Below, piece by piece: positions 8,620 through 14,832 of a stretch of 14,832 bases of DNA; position 1 is the stretch's first letter; each line of letters starts with the position of its first letter. The notes under the pieces are model-generated. The model had not been told where the DNA came from, did no database searches, and saw only the letters and a list, made by a program, of their open reading frames with translations. Made by a program: the position numbers and the translations under genes. Source of the DNA: Candidatus Micrarchaeia archaeon (GTDB taxonomy: Archaea; Micrarchaeota; Micrarchaeia; Burarchaeales; JAVZCV01); NCBI GenBank assembly GCA_038874215.1, contig JAVZCV010000026.1:1-14832 (forward strand). The letters are read 5' to 3'.

Positions 8620-10002
8620 ATGAAAATGCAAAGAAATAATCCCCAGCGTGCCCTCTTCATATTTCCAGCGTTGCTCATCCTTCTCTCCTCACTCTCCTTT
8701 TCTGCAGATTTGCGGGACTATTTCAAGGCTGATGAAAAATACTCTCTTGAAAACTTCGGCGAATACCAACTTGTGAGGATTGGTGGCCCAATCGCATTCA
8801 TAATAGACGGCAAAGGCATCGCCATTGAGAATGCGGCACTGATAGAGGAAATCATATCTGAATATGTGCATGAGAAGTCAATAAACGAATCTACTCTAAC
8901 AACCCGTGAGCTGAACGAGCTCGCATACCTGATTGGAAAGTTCAACGAATCTCGTGGCGGGGAGCTTGAATGCCGTTTTTACACCGGCACAGACAGGTTC
9001 CCGTGCGATGATAGGGGGGGATGCCAGTCCTCTTGCTACACCCCAGTATGCAAGGATGCGATGATGGGCTATGGCTGGGGCTTCCTTGATGCAGTCGCAA
9101 ACTTCTCAAAGCAAAGCCGCGTTATTGACGAAAAGGTTTCTAAACTCATCTTCGTTCTCAGAAACGGCGGGCTTGACGATGCAGAATCCGCATCATCCAT
9201 CCTCAAAGAAATACGCAATACGTCTTCCTCTCTATCAAGCAACCCACTATTTACGCACACATTCCTCTTCTGCCCAAGCCCAAAATACGATATGCAGTCA
9301 CTTAGCGAAGCCGAGAGAACAATAAACAACGCCATCCAGAGAATAAAGATGCTCACAAAACCGCGCCTTTATGCAAACGAACTTGCGGACATGGGAAGGG
9401 AGCGGAATTCCTTCAGAAAAAGCGTTGAGGCATGCCGAGATATGGCTGCGCTCTCCGAGAAAAATATCGCCGATTTGGAAAACAGGAGCAGGGACATGCC
9501 TTCTTTTGTTGAGATAAGTGGAGAAATAACAATCCTCAGACAGTCGCTGAGAAAGCTTGAGGAAGAATGCAAGGGATACGATTTCAGGAGTGCGAACAGA
9601 ACTTATTCCAGCCTTAACGAAATGGCAAACCACACAGCCGAGAAGCTGGAAACATTCGCATCGCTTTACCAAAACATAACCGCTCTCTACAACGAAACTC
9701 TTGCGCTTCTTGAAAGCGCAAACTCATCAGTAAAGGAGCAGGTTTCAGTATCTCTTTCCCTAATCGCCAGAGACCTCCCAACAGCAACGACGATAGATGA
9801 CCTAATGAATATAAAGAATGCCCTGAATGAGAACATTGCGAAGCTCCGCTCTCTACCCCAAGCCAGCGCTTCGGGAACGGTTGAAGGGCAGAAGAATCCT
9901 ATGGTTATCCAGGCTTTATTAGTAATCCTCCTCCTCATCCTCATCTCTACATTCGCCTACCACCGTTGGAGGAGGAAAAGGTATCCCCTTGAATATGTGT
10001 AA
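8620..10002 (+). CDS. Hypothetical single-pass membrane protein with extracellular Cys cluster and helical/coiled-coil stalk (~460 aa)
   Basis: Start placed at ATG 8620 (or 8626) because a signal peptide follows (RALFIFPALLILLSSLSFS/A); Cys cluster ECRFYTGTDRFPCDDRGGCQSSCYTPVC; about ten N-x-S/T sequons; C-terminal TM (ALLVILLLILISTFAY) then basic tail HRWRRKR. Confidence 0.87.
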   Translation: MKMQRNNPQRALFIFPALLILLSSLSFSADLRDYFKADEKYSLENFGEYQLVRIGGPIAFIIDGKGIAIENAALIEEIISEYVHEKSINESTLTTRELNELAYLIGKFNESRGGELECRFYTGTDRFPCDDRGGCQSSCYTPVCKDAMMGYGWGFLDAVANFSKQSRVIDEKVSKLIFVLRNGGLDDAESASSILKEIRNTSSSLSSNPLFTHTFLFCPSPKYDMQSLSEAERTINNAIQRIKMLTKPRLYANELADMGRERNSFRKSVEACRDMAALSEKNIADLENRSRDMPSFVEISGEITILRQSLRKLEEECKGYDFRSANRTYSSLNEMANHTAEKLETFASLYQNITALYNETLALLESANSSVKEQVSVSLSLIARDLPTATTIDDLMNIKNALNENIAKLRSLPQASASGTVEGQKNPMVIQALLVILLLILISTFAYHRWRRKRYPLEYV

Positions 10003-10025
10003 TTTCATAGGAAGCGAAGCGATAC

Positions 10026-10142
10026 ATATATTAACATTCTATTCCATAATCAAACCGCGGTGGTTTCATTATTCCACAAAGAGAAAAAGAATAGCGCGTT
10101 TCGCTTTTCTCTACTTCTGCAAATCTCTTGGAGGTTGGTTTT
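10026..10142 (+). promoter_or_regulatory. Putative cimA promoter and structured 5' leader
   Basis: TATA-like ATATATTAA at 10026-10034; inverted repeats at 10046-10072 and 10080-10112; GGAGG at 10130-10134. Confidence 0.45.
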
Positions 10143-11609
10143 ATGAAAAGGGTTAGGATACTAGACACAACACTGCGAGACGGGGAGCAGACGCCAGGCA
10201 TGTCGCTCACGCCAGAAAAGAAAGTCGTAATAGCGAAGAAGCTTGACGAGCTCGGCGTTGACATAATAGAAGCGGGCTCTGCGATAGCGAGCGCAGGAGA
10301 AAGGGATGCGATAAAGAAAATAGCAAACCTTGGCCTCAACGCAGACGTTGCAAGCTTTTGCAGGATTCTGAGAGGGGACATAGATGCAGCGCTCTCGTGC
10401 GATGTTGATATGATATGTCTCGTTGTTTCAACATCAGACCTTCACATAGAGAGAAAGCTTAGGAAAACTAGGGAGCAGGTTGTGGAGATGACAATTGATT
10501 CGTTAAACTATGCAAAGGAGCACGGTTTGAAGGTTGAGGTTCTCGCCGAAGATGGGAGCAGGACCGATAAAGAATTTCTGCGAGACATATTCCTTAAGTG
10601 CGAGCAGAACAAGGCTGATGCGGTATGCGTTTGCGACACCGTTGGAGTAATGACACCAGAGCGCACCGAAGAGCTCTACAAGTTCCTCCTTGAAAAGATA
10701 AAACTACCGCTTGCCGTCCATTGCCATAACGACCTCGGGCTTGCGGTTGCGAACTCTCTCGCTGCTTTCAGGGCTGGTGCGAGCGAGATACACTGCACCG
10801 TTAATGGGTATGGGGAGCGGACGGGAAACGCAGCGCTTGAGGAGGTTGTAGTAGGGCTTGAATACTTTTATGGAGTAAAAACAGTGAAAACGAAAATGCT
10901 TGCAGAGGTATCAGAGCTTCTTGAACTTTTGACTGGCGTTAAGGTTGCACCCAACAAGCCCGTGGTAGGGAAAAACGCATTTGCTCACGAATCTGGCATA
11001 CATGTTGACGGAATACTGAAAGACGCATGCACATACGAGCCGATAACACCAGAGATGGTTGGGCAGAAGCGCAGGTTTGTTTTAGGAAAGCATTCTGGGA
11101 GAAAATCAATAGAGATGAAGCTGAACGAGATGGGAATAAAGGTTAGCGAGGAGCAACTGCGGTGGATAGTTGACAAGGTTAAGGAGGTTGGCGATACAGG
11201 GAAGGAAGTTACCGATGCGGATTTCACACTTATAGTTTTCACAGCGCTCGGAATAGAGGATAAGCCAAAAGTAAAGCTGAAGGAGCTCGTAACAGTAACG
11301 GGAACGACTATAACCCCAACCGCTTCTGTGAGATTGGAAATAGACGGAAAAACAGTGGTTTCTGCTGGCACTGGAAACGGGCCAGTGGATGCAGCAATAA
11401 ATGCGATAGAGAATGCACTTGGGGGGACGGGTGTAGAGCTCATAGGCTACCATGTTGATGCCATAACGGGCGGAACGGATGCTCTCGTTGATGTGAAGAT
11501 ACAGCTCCGAAAGGATGGCAGGGAAATTTCTGCCGCTGGTGCGGGCACCGACATAGTCCGCGCTAGCGTTGAGGCTATGTTGAGGGGGCTAAACCTCCTT
11601 TTGAAGTAG
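10143..11609 (+). CDS. cimA: (R)-citramalate synthase CimA, archaeal type (LeuA/DRE-TIM family), 488 aa
   Basis: [19 protein letters not shown] (as recalled for methanogen CimA, versus EAGFP in LeuA), [31 protein letters not shown]-terminal regulatory domain [26 protein letters not shown] 10143 follows GGAGG. LeuA activity not excluded. Confidence 0.88.
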   Translation: MKRVRILDTTLRDGEQTPGMSLTPEKKVVIAKKLDELGVDIIEAGSAIASAGERDAIKKIANLGLNADVASFCRILRGDIDAALSCDVDMICLVVSTSDLHIERKLRKTREQVVEMTIDSLNYAKEHGLKVEVLAEDGSRTDKEFLRDIFLKCEQNKADAVCVCDTVGVMTPERTEELYKFLLEKIKLPLAVHCHNDLGLAVANSLAAFRAGASEIHCTVNGYGERTGNAALEEVVVGLEYFYGVKTVKTKMLAEVSELLELLTGVKVAPNKPVVGKNAFAHESGIHVDGILKDACTYEPITPEMVGQKRRFVLGKHSGRKSIEMKLNEMGIKVSEEQLRWIVDKVKEVGDTGKEVTDADFTLIVFTALGIEDKPKVKLKELVTVTGTTITPTASVRLEIDGKTVVSAGTGNGPVDAAINAIENALGGTGVELIGYHVDAITGGTDALVDVKIQLRKDGREISAAGAGTDIVRASVEAMLRGLNLLLK

Positions 11610-11610
11610 C

Positions 11611-11808
11611 TCATTTCTTCGCATTTGGAAACACGAGCAGCTTCATCTTCCCTATTCTCATAGTGTAAAAAACATTCCCGTTTTTGCTTTCGTTTTTCCA
11701 TAGCGCACCCACATTCGTGTACTTCGTGTTTCCCTCAGCATCAACTTCGGGCTGGACAACCCTGAAGTCTGGCTGGGGCTTCTCTTCTTCAGCCTCAATC
11801 TCATCCAT
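11611..11808 (-). CDS. Small hypothetical protein (65 aa), DUF736-like motif
   Basis: Start reassigned to ATG 11808 (GGTGA-N4-ATG; TTTTTAA box at 11848-11842). Sequence PDFRVV..VGALWKNESKNGNVFYTM resembles the PD(Y/F)RV..IGAAW..S..G..Y pattern I recall for DUF736. Confidence 0.75.
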   Translation of the reverse strand: MDEIEAEEEKPQPDFRVVQPEVDAEGNTKYTNVGALWKNESKNGNVFYTMRIGKMKLLVFPNAKK

Positions 11809-11908
11809 AAAATCACCACACCCAAAAAGAATTAACCAACTTAAAAAGCATGCGAAAGGGCGATTTTCCAGTGATACCAATTTAAAATCCATCCTGCATA
11901 ATATAACT
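11809..11908. promoter_or_regulatory. Divergent promoter region (small gene / LarA-like gene)
   Basis: TTTAAAA at 11881-11887, starting 28 nt before ATG 11909 (plus strand); TTTTTAA on the minus strand near 11842-11848. Confidence 0.5.
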
Positions 11909-13654
11909 ATGCAAGCCCACAGACCTAACTCTAACTCAAACAGGAAAATGAATGCCCGCAAACCAAGTTTTCCGCATGCAACCAACGATATGTGGAATAA
12001 GAGGCGCATCACATTAGACTACGGAGCTGGCAAGGGAAACGAGCTTGAACTCCTCGTCCCAGGGCATGCAGTGATGATTAAGAGCAGGGGCTTTAAGGAC
12101 AAGCCAACGATTGAAAACCCACCAGCAGTTATTGAAGAAGAGCTCCGCATTCAGCTATTCCCTAAGAACTCCCTCGTTCCACGTTCCCTCCTCGTGCTCA
12201 TACCAGACAACACAAGGCCGCCAACATCTGCGCGCGCGGGCCTTCATGCCCTTCTTTCAATCCTCGCCGACCCAGAGCTCCGCCCAGAAAAGACTACCAT
12301 ACTCGCCGGCGGCGGCACCCACAAACCAATGAGCGAGCAGGAGCTGCGCGAATTTCTTGGAGCAGAGCTTTTTGAGAGGCTGAAGGCATGCGCAAAAGAA
12401 TACAACATAACAATCGGCAAAGACGGGCTTCCGATTATGCAGCACGATTGGAAAGACGAGAATTCACTAAAAAAGTTCAATACGAGTTTTGAGGGAAGGA
12501 ATGTCGTAATGTCCGCAAACAAACTCCTCTTTGAGCACGAGGCTCTTCTCAACATAGCCGATGTTGACCTTCATCCATACATGGGAGCAAGCGGCAGCAT
12601 ATACAAAATGTGCATAGTCGGAGTAGGCGGTCCAGAAAACATTTACCTCACCCACTCCCCCTCCCTCCTTCTTGACGAGGCGACATATCCTGGGAGGATA
12701 ACGGGAAACCGTTTCTTCAACGCGGTAAAAGAAGCAGCCCTTTCCCTATTTGAGGCTATGCGAAGGGAAGGCATGCTAAGGTACGAGCCGCTTTCAGTAA
12801 ATCTCGTTTGCGAGCATGGAGAAAAAACGCGCGTTGTTGATGTTCTCGTAGGACCAGCGGCACAGAAGTGGGAAGAAAGCGCAGATATAGTTTTCACTTC
12901 ATACACTGGCATGATTGACAGGGGAGTGCACATAATAATCGGAGGTGTTGACAAGGGCAAGGACCAAGCCCTTGACCAAGGGGCGAGGCTGATAGACTTC
13001 TTCATACGCCTGCACGACCCACACGGCAACCCCATTCTACTCGGCGAAACGCTGCACCGCGTTGCCATTCTATTCACGCCATGCAGCAAAGCAGAATACA
13101 GCGGCGGAATAGCAACTCCTTCAAGCTTCAAGCACCTTGAAAAGCTGAGAGAGATAGTGAATGCCAACATAGACCAGATAAACTCTGAAATCTCGCGCAT
13201 GAGCGATGCCCGAGAGGCACAGGCAAAAATCCATGACTTCAAGCAGCGTGTTCTTGATTCTTGGGAGGCATACCTAAACCAAGTCTATGAAGCAGAGCGG
13301 GGGTTCGGCGGCGGTGGCCAACGTGCCCTCCGCATGCTCTACATAATGCGCAACTTCGGCCTCTTCATCGTAGGCACTCCAAACAGAAAAGTCGTTGATT
13401 ATCTTGCCCAGATAAGCCCGCCAGTAAAGCTCCACCCAGAAGCGCAGCGTTCATTCGAACAGGCTCGCGTTGATCCTTTGCTCCTCGGAGTAAAGGGTGT
13501 TTTGCTCAGAAACGGAAGAAAAAACGAGGATGCGATGAGTGCGGTTGATGTAGCAGTGAGATACTTTGAATGGGCTCGTGGCGGCGATCCGATAGAGCCA
13601 GAAATCGTTATAGTGCCAAACATGCACATACTGCCAAAGCGTGCCCATCGCTAA
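11909..13654 (+). CDS. Lactate racemase (LarA)-family nickel-pincer-type enzyme, divergent (~581 aa)
   Basis: Motifs LIPDNTRP, AGGGTHKPM, QHDW, DLHPYMGASGSIYK, IYLTHSP, GRITGNRF, DQALDQGAR align in order with LarA motifs (DxTRP, TGTHR, NHD, EPHFFAGFSGGRK, NHS, GxLxGNP, DxNxYQxxK). Start moved from 11684 to ATG 11909 (alt 11948) to avoid overlap with the opposite-strand gene. Confidence 0.85.
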   Translation: MQAHRPNSNSNRKMNARKPSFPHATNDMWNKRRITLDYGAGKGNELELLVPGHAVMIKSRGFKDKPTIENPPAVIEEELRIQLFPKNSLVPRSLLVLIPDNTRPPTSARAGLHALLSILADPELRPEKTTILAGGGTHKPMSEQELREFLGAELFERLKACAKEYNITIGKDGLPIMQHDWKDENSLKKFNTSFEGRNVVMSANKLLFEHEALLNIADVDLHPYMGASGSIYKMCIVGVGGPENIYLTHSPSLLLDEATYPGRITGNRFFNAVKEAALSLFEAMRREGMLRYEPLSVNLVCEHGEKTRVVDVLVGPAAQKWEESADIVFTSYTGMIDRGVHIIIGGVDKGKDQALDQGARLIDFFIRLHDPHGNPILLGETLHRVAILFTPCSKAEYSGGIATPSSFKHLEKLREIVNANIDQINSEISRMSDAREAQAKIHDFKQRVLDSWEAYLNQVYEAERGFGGGGQRALRMLYIMRNFGLFIVGTPNRKVVDYLAQISPPVKLHPEAQRSFEQARVDPLLLGVKGVLLRNGRKNEDAMSAVDVAVRYFEWARGGDPIEPEIVIVPNMHILPKRAHR

Positions 13655-13697
13655 TACAACGAGCAACAAAATATAAACCAAACTGAGATTTACTTAT

Positions 13698-14159
13698 ATG
13701 GCTTCTGGCGAAACGATACATGAAAGGTCCGCCGGGATAATCGTTTATAATATTGATGATTGTGTTGTCTCCTACCTCCTTCTCCACTACGGTGCTGGGC
13801 ACTGGGATTTCCCAAAAGGGCACATTGAGGAAAACGAGGATGAGAAAAGCGCAGCAATACGAGAGACGAGTGAGGAGACGGGCATTTCAAACTTAGAGTT
13901 TGTGGATTTCAGGGAAAAGCTTTCCTACTGGTATTGGAAGGGGAAAGAGCGGAGCTTTAAGGAAGTGGTTTTCTTTCTCGCCCGTACGGGCACGAAAGAA
14001 GTCAGGCTTTCGCATGAACACATAGGCTACATCTGGCTTCCATACGAGTCGGCACTAAAAAAGCTTACATACGACACCGCAAAAGAAATGTTAAAGAAGG
14101 CTTACAATCGGCTCGTTGAGCTTCGGGTTGAGAAAGGTCCGCTCTCAAAATTTTTTTAA
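13698..14159 (+). CDS. Nudix hydrolase, probable asymmetrical Ap4A (bis(5'-nucleosyl)-tetraphosphatase) type, 153 aa
   Basis: Nudix box GHIEENEDEKSAAIRETSEETGI; SAGIIVY, YLLLHY, HWDFPKGH, LSHEH..Y.WL pattern of NUDT2-like enzymes; ATATAAA at 13671-13677 suggests a leaderless transcript. Confidence 0.92.
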   Translation: MASGETIHERSAGIIVYNIDDCVVSYLLLHYGAGHWDFPKGHIEENEDEKSAAIRETSEETGISNLEFVDFREKLSYWYWKGKERSFKEVVFFLARTGTKEVRLSHEHIGYIWLPYESALKKLTYDTAKEMLKKAYNRLVELRVEKGPLSKFF

Positions 14160-14168
14160 TTTGTTTTT
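14151..14168 (+). terminator. Possible archaeal oligo-T terminator after the Nudix gene
   Basis: TTTTTTTAATTTGTTTTT spanning the stop codon; overlaps a TTTTTAAATA TATA-like element for the next gene. Confidence 0.35.
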
Positions 14169-14206
14169 TAATATACATAAATGACTTGCAGGTTGGGGGT
14201 GCCGAA

Positions 14207-14485
14207 TTGGCTGAAAAACGCATTCATCTCATAATCAGCGGAATAGTCCAAGGCGTTTTTTTCAGGGCGCATACTCGCGAGAAGGCGAGGCAGCTCGGGC
14301 TCGTTGGCTGGGTGATGAACAGGGAAGATGGAAGCGTTGAATGCGTTGCAGAGGGGGAGGAAAGCGCACTTCGCTCCTTTCTTGAATGGTGCAAGGTCGG
14401 GCCTCCTTCTGCACGTGTGAGCGATGTAAAAGTAGAGCGGGAAGAGCCAAAGGGAGAATTCTCATCATTTTTTATACGCTACTGA
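14207..14485 (+). CDS. acyP: Acylphosphatase (92 aa)
   Basis: GIVQGVFFR, GWVMNREDGSVE, GPPSARV, F..F.IRY signature; TTG start after GGGGGTG ribosome site. Confidence 0.95.
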   Translation: MAEKRIHLIISGIVQGVFFRAHTREKARQLGLVGWVMNREDGSVECVAEGEESALRSFLEWCKVGPPSARVSDVKVEREEPKGEFSSFFIRY

Positions 14486-14752
14486 ATCGCTACACAAGGA
14501 CAACTTTAAAAACCTCATTTTTTCCAAATATCCAACATACTCCCTATTCAAATAGAAAGCGGCCACCTTTTTCCGCACTTTCCCAACATCCGCCATAATA
14601 TTCCTTCTCGCATATAAAATAAGCAATCCAATCTCTCATTCCCTATCCGCATACCCCCCCACTTTTTTAGCCCTTTTGGGGTATGCCACAAACTATTAAA
14701 AAAACAAGCCATTATATTTCTCTGTTTGCCAAACAAAGCATTTTCACCCGCT
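14486..14752 (+). promoter_or_regulatory. Putative CRISPR leader
   Basis: About 267 bp, AT-rich, homopolymer runs, no convincing ORF, TATA-like elements (14613-14620, 14694-14704, 14712-14719), directly abutting a CRISPR-like repeat. Confidence 0.6.
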
Positions 14753-14832
14753 GTTAGAAAACCAGTCCCGATGGAAAGGGAACTGTGACCTCATTTAACC
14801 TCCTCCACAACCATGTTTTTAGCCGTTAAGTT
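14753..14832 (+). CRISPR. Probable start of a CRISPR array truncated by the window edge: repeat 14753-14789, spacer 14790-14829, first 3 nt of next repeat 14830-14832
   Basis: 37-mer GTTAGAAAACCAGTCCCGATGGAAAGGGAACTGTGAC: GTT start, TCCC/GGGA stem, 3' octamer ACTGTGAC resembling ATTG(A/C)(A/G)AC tags. Followed by 40 nt of unrelated sequence and then GTT. Only one full repeat is visible and no cas genes are in the window. Confidence 0.7.

Noticed and set aside
11684-12012. Long overlapping N-terminal extensions of the LarA-like ORF (from 11684) and the small minus-strand ORF (from 12012)
   Set aside because: They overlap each other head-to-head; starts at 11909 and 11808 leave a 100-bp gap with TATA-like boxes on both strands.
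10143-14485. cimA, LarA-like, Nudix and acyP as one pathway (e.g. citramalate racemisation or pincer-cofactor processing)
   Set aside because: Citramalate lacks the C2 hydrogen that LarA chemistry needs, an opposite-strand gene interrupts the cluster, and each gene seems to have its own promoter.
14386-14794. Small ORFs 14386-14598 (+), 14548-14736 (-) and a chain of tiny minus-strand ORFs from 14794
   Set aside because: No recognisable protein features; better explained as acyP overlap, CRISPR leader, repeat and spacer.

Overview
Archaeal-looking chromosomal window (TATA-type boxes about 25 nt before starts, GGTGA-N4-start ribosome sites, archaeal-type CimA); a DPANN/Micrarchaeota-like origin is plausible but unverified. 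Two major features are missing from the ORF track. (1) A single minus-strand ORF of at least 1361 codons runs from about 4084 off the left edge without a stop. It encodes a secreted giant protein with seven 4-Cys repeats (CxYPxV motif) and a VWA domain interrupted by a ~195-aa Cys-rich insert that contains a perfect 108-bp duplication. It is the third gene of an apparent operon led by a wHTH-REC-degenerate-GGDEF response regulator, which is divergent from a PAS/GAF histidine kinase. (2) The right edge looks like the start of a CRISPR array: non-coding leader, one 37-bp repeat, a 40-bp spacer and the first 3 nt (GTT) of a next repeat. Between these lie a Cys-cluster membrane-anchored protein, cimA with a structured upstream region, a small DUF736-like gene, a divergent LarA-family enzyme, a Nudix Ap4A-hydrolase-like gene and acylphosphatase. 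All family assignments come from motif recognition by eye, not database searches.
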